From NCBI GenBank assembly GCA_963843845.1, contig CAWJMB010000002.1, positions 32,001 to 96,000 on the forward strand: 64,000 nt of DNA, read 5' to 3'. The stretch is from an uncultured Gemmatimonadaceae bacterium. Its GTDB lineage: Bacteria > Gemmatimonadota > Gemmatimonadetes > Gemmatimonadales > Gemmatimonadaceae. Below, piece after piece: positions 31,204 through 41,250 of this stretch. The notes beneath the pieces are model-generated. The model was not told where the DNA came from. It was given only the letters and a program-made list of their open reading frames with translations, and did not search any database. The translations under genes and the position numbers were made by a program. Each line of letters begins with the position of its first letter. Position 1 is the first letter of the stretch.

Positions 31204-32315
31204 CGAAGAGCCTCTGCCGCGTCCTCGTCGCCGAAGACTCTCCCACGGCGCGCGCGCTCCTCGTCGCGATGCTCGAGAGCGACAGCAGCATCCGCGTCGT
31301 CGGCGAGGCGGCGTCCGGGGAGGCAGCGGTGCGCGAGACGATCCGCCTGCGCCCCGACGTCATCACGATGGACGTGCACATGCCCGGCCTCGACGGGCTG
31401 GGCGCGACGCGGGCGATCATGGCGCAGACGCCGACGCCGATCCTCATCGTCTCCGCGCTCGTCGCCGACGACGTGCGGCTCTCGATGGAGGCGACGCGCG
31501 CCGGCGCGCTGCTCGTGCTCCCGAAGCCGGTCGACCCGCGCGGCGACGAGTTCGAGCGGCAGCGCGCGCAGCTCGTCGGGATGGTGAAGGCGATGGCCGG
31601 CGTGAAGGTCGTGCGGCGGTGGTCGCACGGAAAGACCGGCGCGGGCGGGGGGCCGAACGGCACGTCGGAGGACGTGCCGAACGATCTCTCGAACGACGCG
31701 GTGCGCGACGCGGTGCGCGAGTCCCCGCGGCTGGTCGCGATCGGCGCGTCGACCGGCGGGCCCGCGGCGCTGCGCGACCTGCTCGCCGCGCTGCCGGCGT
31801 CGTTTCCGGTGCCGATCCTCGTCGTGCAGCACATCGCGCGCGGCTTCGTCGCCGGGCTCGCGCAGTGGCTCGACGGCGAGACGGCGCTCGACGTGCGCGT
31901 CGCGCGCGACGGCGAGGCGGCGCTCCCTGGCACGGTCTACATCGCGCCCGACGACCGGCACCTCGGCGTGAGCGGCGGACACACCGTACGGGTCGCGCTC
32001 AGCGACGCGCCGCCGGTCGGGACGTTCCGCCCGTCGGCGAGCCACCTGTTCGAGTCGGCGGGGCGTGCGCTCGGCCGCGCGCTCGTCGCCGTGATCCTCA
32101 CGGGGATGGGCGACGACGGCGTGAGCGGCCTGCGCGTCGCGCGCGGGCTCGGCGGCGAGGTCGTCGCGCAGGACGAAGAAACAAGCGTGATTTACGGCAT
32201 GCCGCGCGAGGCGGCGCGCGCCGGCGTCGTCGACGTCGTACTGCCGCTGCCGGAGATCGCGCCGTGGCTGCAACGCGCCGCGCGCCGCCCGCCGAGGGGA
32301 CGACCGCATGCCTGA
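31200..32315 (+). CDS. cheB: CheB methylesterase with REC domain
   Basis: VAEDS, TMDVHMP, GASTGGP, VQHI, RPS, LTGMGDDG, IYGMP. Confidence 0.93.
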   Translation: MTKSLCRVLVAEDSPTARALLVAMLESDSSIRVVGEAASGEAAVRETIRLRPDVITMDVHMPGLDGLGATRAIMAQTPTPILIVSALVADDVRLSMEATRAGALLVLPKPVDPRGDEFERQRAQLVGMVKAMAGVKVVRRWSHGKTGAGGGPNGTSEDVPNDLSNDAVRDAVRESPRLVAIGASTGGPAALRDLLAALPASFPVPILVVQHIARGFVAGLAQWLDGETALDVRVARDGEAALPGTVYIAPDDRHLGVSGGHTVRVALSDAPPVGTFRPSASHLFESAGRALGRALVAVILTGMGDDGVSGLRVARGLGGEVVAQDEETSVIYGMPREAARAGVVDVVLPLPEIAPWLQRAARRPPRGRPHA

Positions 32316-34086
32316 CGACACGCCGCATCCGTCGACCGAGTCACCGCCGGCGCGCATCCTCGTCGTGGAGGACAGCGCGACGCAGGCGGCGGCGCTCGCG
32401 GCGCTGCTCGAGGAGAGCGGCTACGCGGTCGACGTCGCGCGCAGCGGTGAGCAGGCGCTCGCGCTGCTCGGCGGCGAGCGAGGCGTCGGCGTCGACCTCG
32501 TGCTGAGCGACGTCATCATGCCGGGGATCGACGGCTACACGCTCTGCCGCCGCATCCGCACCGAGCTGCGGCGCGACACGCTCCCCGTCGTGCTGCTCAC
32601 GAGTCTCACCGACCCGCTCGACATCGTGCGCGGCCTCGAGAGCGGGGCCGACAACTACGTCACGAAGCCGTACGACGCGGCGCGGCTGCTCGCGCGGCTG
32701 CGCACCGTGCTCGCCGCGTCGGGGGATCGGCGCGCCGGCCAGGGCAAGCCGGTCGAGGTGACGTTCCAGGGCGTCACGTTCACGATCACTGCCGACAAGG
32801 AGCAGATCGTCGAGCTGCTCGTGTCGAGCTACGAGGACCTCGTGCGCACGAGCGAGGCGGTGCGCACGGCCGAGCAGCGCGCCCGCTTCCTCGCCGACGC
32901 CGGCGAGCTGCTGTCGTCGTCGCTCGACCCCGAGGTCGTGCTGCGCCACCTGGCGCGCCTCGCGGTCCCGGCCGTCGCCGACGTCTGCGCGACGGCGCTG
33001 CTCGACGGCGACGGCGCGCTGCGGCAGGTCGAGGAAGTCGGCTCGGTCGCCACCGGAGAAACGTTAGGCACCTCGGCGCTCGCGCACGCGGTGGCGCGCA
33101 GCGGGCGCTCGCGGCTCGTCGCGGACACGTCGCACGCGGACGAGACGGGCGCGGACGAGACGGGCGCGGACGAGACGGAGGGCGACGTGCGGCAGTTGCA
33201 CGCGCTCGGCATCGTGTCGTGCGTCGTCGTGCCGCTCGTGGCGCGGGGCATCACGTTGGGCACCGTGAGTCTCGCCGTGCGCCGCGGCCGGCGCCGGCTC
33301 GGCCCCGCGGAGCTCGCGCTCGCCGAGGACCTCGCGCGGCGCGCGGGGCTCGCGGTCGACAACGCGCGGCTCTACCGCGAGGCGCACGACGCGACGCGGG
33401 CGCGCGACGACATGCTCGCGATCGTGTCGCACGACCTGCGCAACCCGCTGCACACGATCGGCATGAGCGCGACGTTCCTCGAGGAGATGGCGAGCGGCGA
33501 GGTGCCGCTCACGCACAAGGACGTGGCGACGAACCTCGGCGTGATCCGCCGCGCGGTGGGGCGGGCGAACGCGCTCATCCAGGATCTGCTCGACGTGAGC
33601 CGCATCGAGGCCGGGCAGCTCGTCGTCGAGAGCGTGCCGACCGACGCGAAGGCGCTGCTCGAGGATGCGACGGCCGACATGCGCGCGCTCGCCACCGGGC
33701 GCGGCGTGCATCTCGACCATGACTGGCGCGGCCCGTCGGTCGCCGTGCGCGCCGACCGCGGCCGCATCGCACAACTGTTCTCGAATCTCATCGGCAACGC
33801 GCTCAAGTTCACGCCGACCGAGGGGCGCGTGCACATCAGCGGCGAGCCCGACGGCGACGTCGTCTGGTACACGGTGCGCGACACCGGCACCGGCATCCCC
33901 GCCGACCACCTGCCGCACCTGTTCGACCGCTTCTGGCAGGCGCAGCGCGCGTCACGCGCCGGGGCGGGGCTCGGCCTGTTCATCTCGAAGGGGATCGTCG
34001 ATGCGCACGGGGGGCGGATCGACGTCGAGAGCGAGCCGGGGGTGGGGACGGCGTTTCGCTTCTCGATTCCGGTGGCGAGCGGGTAG
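32308..34086 (+). CDS. REC-GAF-histidine kinase (chemosensory output)
   Basis: VVEDS, SDVIMP, GAF ending AVDNARLY, SHDLRNPL, NLIGNALKFT, DTGTGI, GLGL. Confidence 0.9.
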   Translation: MPDDTPHPSTESPPARILVVEDSATQAAALAALLEESGYAVDVARSGEQALALLGGERGVGVDLVLSDVIMPGIDGYTLCRRIRTELRRDTLPVVLLTSLTDPLDIVRGLESGADNYVTKPYDAARLLARLRTVLAASGDRRAGQGKPVEVTFQGVTFTITADKEQIVELLVSSYEDLVRTSEAVRTAEQRARFLADAGELLSSSLDPEVVLRHLARLAVPAVADVCATALLDGDGALRQVEEVGSVATGETLGTSALAHAVARSGRSRLVADTSHADETGADETGADETEGDVRQLHALGIVSCVVVPLVARGITLGTVSLAVRRGRRRLGPAELALAEDLARRAGLAVDNARLYREAHDATRARDDMLAIVSHDLRNPLHTIGMSATFLEEMASGEVPLTHKDVATNLGVIRRAVGRANALIQDLLDVSRIEAGQLVVESVPTDAKALLEDATADMRALATGRGVHLDHDWRGPSVAVRADRGRIAQLFSNLIGNALKFTPTEGRVHISGEPDGDVVWYTVRDTGTGIPADHLPHLFDRFWQAQRASRAGAGLGLFISKGIVDAHGGRIDVESEPGVGTAFRFSIPVASG

Positions 34087-34103
34087 CGGTCGGCCAGAAG
34101 GTT

Positions 34104-34153
34104 TTCACGGAAGGAACGGAAGGAACCCGGAGTGTCTCCTCTCCCTCCGTGAA
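34104..34153. repeat. REP-like hairpin between convergent genes (possible terminator)
   Basis: TTCACGG...CCGTGAA arms; contains ACGGAAGGAACGGAAG identical to 57785-57800. Confidence 0.55.
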
Positions 34154-34167
34154 GGAATCCCGCCGTG

Positions 34168-34806
34168 TCACCGCAGCGCCGCCACGAGCGCCGAGTCGAG
34201 CGCGAGCAGCGTCTTGCGGTGGAGCGGCGAGTTCTCGTGGCCGATCAACAGCCGCGTGACGGGCGTCGCCTCGGTGATCGCGAGCCGCGTCGCGCGCACG
34301 CCCTCGGGCACGTCGAAGACGAACGTCGACTCGTACGACTCGCCGGGACGGAGCGGCGTGTCGATCGGGGTGCCCGCCCGCGCCGCCGCCGACCACTCCT
34401 GTCCGGTCGCGTCGACGAGCCGCACGCGCCGTGGGTTCGGGAACAGCGCGCGGTCGTCGCGCCGTGCGGCGATCGTCTCGACGTCGAACAGCGTGCGCAC
34501 GACGATCGTGTAGCGCGTTCCGTCGGCGAGCGGCTCGGCGCGGGCGGGGCGGACGGTGTACGCGAGGTGGCAGTCGATCTCGCAGAACACTTTCGCGCGG
34601 CCGACCGGCAGCACCTCCTCCTCGCTTCCGGCGCCGACGACGAGCAGCGCGGCGGCGTACCCCGCGGCGAGCGCGCCGCCGGCCGCGGCGCTGAGAGTGG
34701 CGCTGCGGCGTCGGCCGATCATCGCGAAGCCGATCGCCGCGAGCGCGCTGGCGCCGACCGCACCGGCGGTGGCGAGGAAGAGGAGCAGGGCGAATGGAGT
34801 CGTCAT
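34168..34806 (-). CDS. Hypothetical membrane-anchored protein with Ig-like (DUF4352-like) domain
   Basis: Two N-terminal TM segments, FCEIDCH, LRPGESYESTFVFDVP. Confidence 0.65.
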   Translation of the reverse strand: MTTPFALLLFLATAGAVGASALAAIGFAMIGRRRSATLSAAAGGALAAGYAAALLVVGAGSEEEVLPVGRAKVFCEIDCHLAYTVRPARAEPLADGTRYTIVVRTLFDVETIAARRDDRALFPNPRRVRLVDATGQEWSAAARAGTPIDTPLRPGESYESTFVFDVPEGVRATRLAITEATPVTRLLIGHENSPLHRKTLLALDSALVAALR

Positions 34807-34819
34807 GGAAGGCTCGGCG

Positions 34820-34877
34820 GACGTGAACGGCGAACGTGAACGGCGAACGCGAACGGCGAACGCGAACGGCGAACGTG
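34820..34877. repeat. 13-bp intergenic tandem repeat GAACG(T/C)GAACGGC x4
   Basis: Visible directly. Confidence 0.85.
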
Positions 34878-35564
34878 CTAGGCCGAGATGCGCCCGAAGC
34901 GGCGGTCGCGGCGCTGATAGTCGGCGACGGCGGCGGCGAGGTCGTCGCGTGTGACGTCCGGCCAGAGCCGGTCGGTGAACCACAGCTCGGCGTAGGCGCT
35001 CTCCCAGAGCAGGAAGTCGCTCAGGCGCCGCTCGCCGCCGGTGCGGATCAGCAGGTCGACCGCGGGCCACGCCGCGAGCGGGTCGGCGTCGCGCGCCGCG
35101 GTGTCGGCGAGCGCGCGCCGGATCTCGCCGCGCGCCGAGTAGTCGATCGCGAGGCGGAGCGTGAGCGTGGTGTTGTCCTGCGTCGCGCGCTCGACGTCGT
35201 CGATCGCGTGCACGAGCGGCGCGGGCAGCCGGTCGCGTCGGCCGATGACGGTGAAGCGAACGCCCTGCGTGCGGAGCCGGTCGCGTTCGCGGGCCAGGAA
35301 CTCGGCGAACAGTCGCAGCAGCGCGTGGACCTCGGCCGGCGGACGCTCGAAGTTGTCGCACGACATCGCGAACAGTGTGAGCGTGGTGACGCCGAACGAC
35401 GGCGCGGCCTCGACGACGCGCCGCACGGCGTGGGCGCCGGCGCGATGTCCTGCCGGGCGCGGCAGTCCGCGCCGCGTCGCCCAGCGCCCGTTGCCGTCCA
35501 TGATCATGGCGACGTGGAACGGCTCGTTCTGCGAAGAACTCTGTATCGTAAAGTTCAGGGACAC
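34878..35564 (-). CDS. uppS: Undecaprenyl-diphosphate synthase family cis-prenyltransferase; exact start uncertain
   Basis: HVAMIMDGNGRWA, GHRAG, VDLLIRTGGERRLSDFLLWESAYAEL, RDRRFG. Confidence 0.92.
   Translation of the reverse strand: MSLNFTIQSSSQNEPFHVAMIMDGNGRWATRRGLPRPAGHRAGAHAVRRVVEAAPSFGVTTLTLFAMSCDNFERPPAEVHALLRLFAEFLARERDRLRTQGVRFTVIGRRDRLPAPLVHAIDDVERATQDNTTLTLRLAIDYSARGEIRRALADTAARDADPLAAWPAVDLLIRTGGERRLSDFLLWESAYAELWFTDRLWPDVTRDDLAAAVADYQRRDRRFGRISA
35538..35554. promoter_or_regulatory. 17-bp operator copy overlapping the uppS start
   Basis: ACTCTGT-ATC-GTAAAGT. Confidence 0.5.
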
Positions 35565-35606
35565 GCGGGCGGCTCCGGAGACGTGTGGTGAAGGGAGACG
35601 ACTGAC

Positions 35607-35972
35607 TCAGCGCGCCCGGGCGGCGCGGATGAGCGATTCCATGTGGTCGAGATAGCGATCGAGCGCGTCGCGTCCGGCGTCGGTGATCGCGTAGTCGGTG
35701 CGCGGCAGTCGTCCGTCGAACGACTTCGTGCAGGTCAGATATCCCGCGTCCTCGAGCTTGCGCGCATGTACGCTCACATTCCCGTCAGTGGCGCCCAGGA
35801 GCTCGCGTAGCTCGGTGAAGGTGAGGCTGGGTTGGGCCGCGAGTGCGCTGAGAATCCCGAGCCGCATCCGCTCGTGGACGAGGCGATCGAGCTCGTTCGC
35901 CGACGGGGGCGTCGTGGCGGACAGCGCAACCGGCGCAGGCGGAGCGACCGGACGACGTTTCGGAGCACCCAT
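35607..35972 (-). CDS. Winged-helix transcriptional regulator (ArsR/MarR-like, HTH_34)
   Basis: LDRLVHERMRLGILSAL, TDGNVSVHARKLEDAGY, PRTDYAITDAGR. Confidence 0.88.
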   Translation of the reverse strand: MGAPKRRPVAPPAPVALSATTPPSANELDRLVHERMRLGILSALAAQPSLTFTELRELLGATDGNVSVHARKLEDAGYLTCTKSFDGRLPRTDYAITDAGRDALDRYLDHMESLIRAARAR

Positions 35973-35977
35973 CGGCG

Positions 35978-36619
35978 TCACCCTCCGTAGCGGCGGCCGA
36001 TGAGCACGCCGAAGACGATGTGGAGTCCGCCGAAGCCGGCGGCGAGCAGCCAGTCGGCCCACGCCGCCGGCGCCGCTGCCGCGACCGTGCCCAACGCCAT
36101 GAAGGCGAGCCCCATGAGCGGAACGGGGCGCACGGAGAACGCGCCGCCGCAGACGACGCCCGCGCCGTAGAGCAGCATCCACGTCGCCGGCAGTGCGTCG
36201 ATCGCGTGGAGTCGCGACAGCGTCGCGGTCAGGATGACGCCGGCGAGCAGCGGCGGCGCGAACGCGAGCACGAACCGCCGCCCCGGCCCCGAATGCACGG
36301 CGCGCACCGCGTGCGCTCGGCTGCCGGCTTTCCGCACGATCGCGACAGCGCCGATGGTCATCGCGACGACGGCTTCGGCGAGCCAGACGGCGAGCCAGCG
36401 GGTCGGCGACGGCTGCCGGCTCGCGACGACCGCCGCGCCGAGCGCCGTGACACCCATGGCGGCGCCGCCCCAGCCCGGCACGGCCGTGAACTGCCCGGCG
36501 CGCGCCATGACGTCGCGGATGTACGTGAGCTGTTCGGCGGCGCGATCGTGGAGCGCCACGGGGGGGTCGACGGTGGCGGTCGCGGCAGCGGTCGCAGCGG
36601 CGGTTCGGATACGGGTCAC
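35978..36619 (-). CDS. Conserved membrane protein
   Basis: LTYIRDVM...FTAVPGWGG, about 6 TM segments, FGGLHIVFG. Confidence 0.75.
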   Translation of the reverse strand: MTRIRTAAATAAATATVDPPVALHDRAAEQLTYIRDVMARAGQFTAVPGWGGAAMGVTALGAAVVASRQPSPTRWLAVWLAEAVVAMTIGAVAIVRKAGSRAHAVRAVHSGPGRRFVLAFAPPLLAGVILTATLSRLHAIDALPATWMLLYGAGVVCGGAFSVRPVPLMGLAFMALGTVAAAAPAAWADWLLAAGFGGLHIVFGVLIGRRYGG

Positions 36620-36656
36620 GGCTCCATGCTACGCAGGAGAAGCGATCCAGTCAAGT

Positions 36657-36673
36657 ACTTTATGTTACAAAGC
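36657..36673. promoter_or_regulatory. 17-bp operator copy upstream of the regulator operon
   Basis: ACTTTAT-GTT-ACAAAGC in AT-rich patch ~40 bp upstream of 36619. Confidence 0.55.
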
Positions 36674-36894
36674 GGAGGCGTTCGGTCCAGGGGTCCGGAC
36701 CGCGCGTGCCACGAGGCGCCCCCGCGACGTCGATCGATGCGCCCGCAGGCCGCACGCTCGGCATGGTCATCGCACTCCTCGCGCCGCTGCGCTCGGCGTC
36801 GATGCTCCGCGCGATCGTAGCCCGCGCCTCGGCCGAGGGCTACGTTGCGGATTCGTCGCACGCCGAGAATAACGATCGCTCGCAGGTCCGTCGT

Positions 36895-38356
36895 ATGCCG
36901 TCGTTCCGCCGTTCGTCCGCCGCGCCGCGCGCCGCGCCGCCGTCCTCTCCGACCGGGCTCCAGACCGAGAGCTGGCGCCTGTTGTGGGAGGAGCATGCGG
37001 CCGACCCCGACGCCCAGGCCGCGGCCGCCGCGTGGGAGCGAGCGCGAGCCCACGCGCTCCCCGCCGCGCGCGATCTGGTCGAGCGCTTTCTCGCCGGCGC
37101 GGTCGACGTCGCGACGCTGCGCCTCGAGCTCGACCGCCGCACGAAGGCCGACTGGCGCGCGCTCGCGCTGCGCGGTCCGGCCGGCGCGATGGTCCTGAAT
37201 CAGCTCGCGAAGCGCGCCGAGTCGACCGGGGAGACCGAGCCACTCGCCGCGGCGCTGCGCGCGGCGCTCGCCCTCCCGGCGTCGCCGGTCGGGGCGGCAG
37301 AGCGGCTGCGGGCGTGGGTCGCGTACGGCGGGGACGCGGCGCGTCGAGCGGCGCCCGCCGAGTCCGGACCGCGTCATGCCGACGTGTCGATCGCGCCCGG
37401 CCGGCTCGTCGCGTTCGTCGCCGCGTGCTGGCACGTGCAGGCGCCCGAGCGGTGGCCCGCCTCGCACCCGTCGGCGCGGCGGGCGCTCGCGCACGGCGAC
37501 GCGCTGTTCACGCCGACGGGCGACGCGGTCGTCGACTATCTCGCCTTCCGCGACGCGTTCCTCGCCGCTCGCCGCGTCGATCGGCGTGCGCGCCGCGCAG
37601 CTCGAGCAGCTCTGCCGCACGCGCCCCGTCGACACCGACGCGACGCCGGGGCTCGACGATGTCGACGACGAGCCGGTCCCTGCCCCGCGCCGCCGCGTGA
37701 CGTACGGCCGCGCGCTCTCGGCGAGCCGCGTGGCCGAGCGCGCGCCGCTGTACGTCGCGCGCCCGACGAGGTCGCGCCACGCGCCGCCGACGCCCCCGAC
37801 GCCCCCGACGCCCCCGACGCCGTCGTCCGCCGAGCGGGGCGTGCCAGGACACTCGCAGGTGCAGTGGCAGCTCGCGCAGCTCGGCCGAGCGGCCGGGTGC
37901 CACGTGTGGATCGCCGCGAACGACCACCGCCGCGCGTGGAACGGCGCCGCGTTAGGCACGCTGTCGCTGCCGCGCCTGCCGCGCCTCGGTCTCGACGACG
38001 AGAGCGAGCGGCTCGTGCGGCTCATCGACGTCGTGTGGCTCAGCGGGCGCCAGCGGGTCGTCGCGGCGTTCGAGGTCGAGCGCACGACGTCGATCCACTC
38101 CGGCATCCTGCGCATGGCGGACCTCGCCGCGCTCGCGCCGAACCTGAGCTTCCCGATGTACGTCGTCGCGCCACGGCGCCGGCTCACCAAGGTGCGCCGC
38201 GAGCTGGCGCGGCCGTCGCTGCAGGCGCTGGGGCTGCACCGGCGGTGCGGGTTCTTCGCGGCGGAGGCGCTGCTCGAGGCGGCGGAGGAGATCGCGCGGT
38301 GGGGAGGCGGGGCGGAGGCGATCGGGAAGTTGGCTGAGTTCGTCGGGGAGGGATGA
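36895..38356 (+). CDS. Putative PD-(D/E)XK restriction-endonuclease-like protein, frameshift near 37570
   Basis: C-terminal HSQVQ...LG...VWIA.ND...IDVVW...AAFEVERTTSIHSGILRMADL; N-terminal part in ORF 36706 frame. Confidence 0.6.
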
Positions 38357-38366
38357 CCGCCGAGAG

Positions 38367-39191
38367 ATGAGCTCCCCCTCCCCCTCCCCCGCCTTCGACC
38401 CGATCACGCTCCACCACGCCGCCGCACGTGCGGGCGTCCTCCCGCATGGCGCCCACGTCACGTCGTGGCGCACGGCCGACGGCGCCGACCGCCTCTACCT
38501 GAGCCCGCACGCGGTCCACGCCGCCGGCAGCGCGATCCGCGGCGGCATCCCCGTCATCTTCCCGCAGTTCTCGGCGGAGGGCGCCCTTCCCCGCCACGGC
38601 TTCGCGCGCACCCGGCCGTGGCGCATCGCCCGGCTCGGCGACGACACCGCCACGCTCGCACTCGACGACGACGACGCGACGCGTGCGATCTGGCCGCACC
38701 CGTTCGCCGCCGACCTGACGATCGCGTTAGGCACCGACACCCTCGCCGTCACCCTCGCCGTCACGAACACCGGCGCCGACACGTTCACGTTCACTGCCGC
38801 GCTGCACACGTACCTCGCCGTCCGCGACGTCGAGCGGATCACGGTCGACGGACTGGTCGGCGTCGCGTACCGCGATCAGACCGCGAACGGCGTCGTCCGC
38901 TCCGGAGCCGCCGAGCCGCTCCGCATCGCCGGCGACGTCGATCGCGTCTACCTCGACGTTCCGGGTGACGTCGTCGTGCGCGACGCCGAGCGTACCGTGC
39001 GCGTCGCGGCCGACGGATTTCCGGACGTCGTCGTGTGGAATCCAGGCGCGGCGCGCGCCGCGTCGCTCGCCGACGTCGAGCCCGACGGATGGCGCCGTTT
39101 CGTCTGCGTCGAGGCAGCGGCGATCGCGCGACCGGTGTCGCTGGCTCCGGGCGCGCAGTGGCGCGGCACGCAGCGCCTCGCCGCCCGATGA
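38367..39191 (+). CDS. D-hexose-6-phosphate mutarotase (aldose 1-epimerase family)
   Basis: AIRGGIPVIFPQF, HGFAR, ALHTY, VVWNP, FVCVE. Confidence 0.9.
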   Translation: MSSPSPSPAFDPITLHHAAARAGVLPHGAHVTSWRTADGADRLYLSPHAVHAAGSAIRGGIPVIFPQFSAEGALPRHGFARTRPWRIARLGDDTATLALDDDDATRAIWPHPFAADLTIALGTDTLAVTLAVTNTGADTFTFTAALHTYLAVRDVERITVDGLVGVAYRDQTANGVVRSGAAEPLRIAGDVDRVYLDVPGDVVVRDAERTVRVAADGFPDVVVWNPGAARAASLADVEPDGWRRFVCVEAAAIARPVSLAPGAQWRGTQRLAAR

Positions 39192-40153
39192 CGCGCGCCG
39201 TCACGCGGTGGATCGTCGCGGCAGCCGCGTCGACGACACTCACAGTCGCGTCGGTCCCGGCGACAGTCGCCGCACAGCCAGCGACACAGCCGCCGCCGGC
39301 CGCGTCGCAGAACCCGTCGCCGATGGTCGAGGCGACGCGCCGCCACGAGCGCCTCACACAGTCACCGCTCGGCGGACTCGCCCGCACGGTGAGCGGCCCT
39401 GCCGGCAGGCCCGTCGAGCTGTGGGTCCCGGACGACGCCCGCCGCCGCGACGCGATCGACCTCGTGATCCACTTTCACGGCGCGGCGTGGCTGCCGCAGC
39501 AGGCGGTCGCGCGACTCGGCGGACGTGCACGCGGGCACACGGTCGCCGCCGTCGTGAACCTCGGCGCCGGCTCGGGCGCGTACCACCGCGCATTCGCCGA
39601 CCCCGCGGCGTTCGACACGCTCCTCGCGACCGTGACGCGCGACGTCGCGCTCGCGACCGGGCGCGCCACACGCGTCGGCCGGCTGACGCTCGTCGGATTC
39701 TCCGCCGGCCACGGCGCCATCCGCGCCATTCTTCGCGACCCGGACCACTTCGCGCGCGTCGACGCCGTGCTGCTGCTCGACGGGATGCACACGTCGTACG
39801 TCCCCGAGGGCGCCGTGCTCGAACGAGGGGGCGCGCTCGACACGACCAACCTCGCCGCCTTCGCGCGCTTCGCGCGTGCCGCGACGCGCGGGGAGAAGCG
39901 CTTCCTCGTCACGCACTCCGAGATCTTTCCCGGCACCTTCGCGAGCACGACCGAGACCGCCGACTGGCTGCTCGCCGCGTCAGGCACTCGCCGCACGCCG
40001 GTGCTGCGCTGGGGGCCGCGCGGCATGCAGCAGCTCAGCGAGGTACGCGCCGGCCGCTTCGCGCTGCTCGGCTTCGCGGGGAACAGCGCGCCGGACCACA
40101 TCGACCAGTTCCACGCGATGCCCGAGATGCTCGCGCGGCTGCTCGGCCGGTAG
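39188..40153 (+). CDS. Secreted alpha/beta-hydrolase-fold protein
   Basis: Signal peptide, IHFHG, GFSAG nucleophile elbow, LLDG, DH. Confidence 0.65.
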   Translation: MTRAVTRWIVAAAASTTLTVASVPATVAAQPATQPPPAASQNPSPMVEATRRHERLTQSPLGGLARTVSGPAGRPVELWVPDDARRRDAIDLVIHFHGAAWLPQQAVARLGGRARGHTVAAVVNLGAGSGAYHRAFADPAAFDTLLATVTRDVALATGRATRVGRLTLVGFSAGHGAIRAILRDPDHFARVDAVLLLDGMHTSYVPEGAVLERGGALDTTNLAAFARFARAATRGEKRFLVTHSEIFPGTFASTTETADWLLAASGTRRTPVLRWGPRGMQQLSEVRAGRFALLGFAGNSAPDHIDQFHAMPEMLARLLGR

Positions 40154-40240
40154 CGGAGGCGGGGAATCCGTTCGCGCGGCGCGGGGTGTCTGACGAGAGC
40201 GCAGCGCGGTTCGACTCTCACCTTCTTCGTAGATCTTCTC

Positions 40241-40726
40241 ATGCCGAACGGATCGCTCGCGCTCGCCGTCGCGCTGTCACTGTGCGCGCTCGCCGCGCCG
40301 CTCGCCGCGCAGAGCACCCCGGCCGCGCCGACGGCCGCGCTGCCGAGCGTCTCGCTCTCGGCCCCGCTGGACCGCGTGCTGCGCGACTACGAGCGCGCCT
40401 GGCAGGCCGGAGACGCGGCGGCCCTCGCCGCGCTGTTCGCCGAAGACGGGTTCGTGCTGCAGAACGGGCGGGCGCCGGTGCGCGGGCGGGCGGCGATCCA
40501 GGCGGCGTACAGTGGCCAGGCGAGCGGCGTGCTCCGCCTGCGCGCGCTCGCCGCCGCCGCGAGCGACACGACCGGCTACATCGTCGGCGCGTACACGTAC
40601 GGCGACCGGCCGGACGACATCGGCAAGTTCACCCTCACGCTGCGCCGCGCGCGTGGCGGCGCGTGGCTCATCTTCTCGGACATGGACAACGGCAACGCGC
40701 CGCGCCGTCCTGGCGGCGGCGAGTGA
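40241..40726 (+). CDS. Secreted NTF2/SnoaL-like (DUF4440) protein
   Basis: Signal peptide, AWQAGDAAALAALFAEDG, VRGRAAI, GKFTLTLRR..W. Confidence 0.8.
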   Translation: MPNGSLALAVALSLCALAAPLAAQSTPAAPTAALPSVSLSAPLDRVLRDYERAWQAGDAAALAALFAEDGFVLQNGRAPVRGRAAIQAAYSGQASGVLRLRALAAAASDTTGYIVGAYTYGDRPDDIGKFTLTLRRARGGAWLIFSDMDNGNAPRRPGGGE

Positions 40727-41250
40727 GCGACGCCGTGCCGTCGCCCGCGGGGCGCCCGACGCACGCGGCGCCGCGGATCGTCGACGGTCGTGCGATGCTG
40801 CTCGCCGGCATCCGCCGCGTGCACGGCTTCGCCGAGTCGCCGCGTACGATTCCGGCGCAGTGGAGCGAGTTCATGGCGGGCGGCGACGTGCCGGGCCAGG
40901 TCGGCCGCGTCGCGTACGGCGCGATCTGCGGCGCCGACATGGCGGGCCAGACGTTCGAGTACATGTGCGCCGTCGAAGTCGCGTCGTTCGACGACCTGCC
41001 GGCGTCGTACGGACGCATGCGGGTGCCGGCGCAGCGCTACGCCGTGTTCACGCACGACGGACCGGTGTCGACGATCCGGGCGACGTGGCAGCACGCGTGG
41101 ACCGCGTGGCTGCCGGCGAGCGGCTACCGCATGGCGAACACGCCCGAGTTCGAGCGCTACGGCGAGGCCTTCGACGCCGGCACCGGTCGCGGCGACATCG
41201 AGGTGTGGGTCTCGGTCGATCCTGCGCCGACGCGCGCCCGCGACGGCTGA
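40723..41250 (+). CDS. GyrI-like small-molecule-binding domain protein
   Basis: IPAQW, FEYMCAVEV, YAVFTH.G, WLPASGY, FERY. Confidence 0.85.
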   Translation: MSDAVPSPAGRPTHAAPRIVDGRAMLLAGIRRVHGFAESPRTIPAQWSEFMAGGDVPGQVGRVAYGAICGADMAGQTFEYMCAVEVASFDDLPASYGRMRVPAQRYAVFTHDGPVSTIRATWQHAWTAWLPASGYRMANTPEFERYGEAFDAGTGRGDIEVWVSVDPAPTRARDG

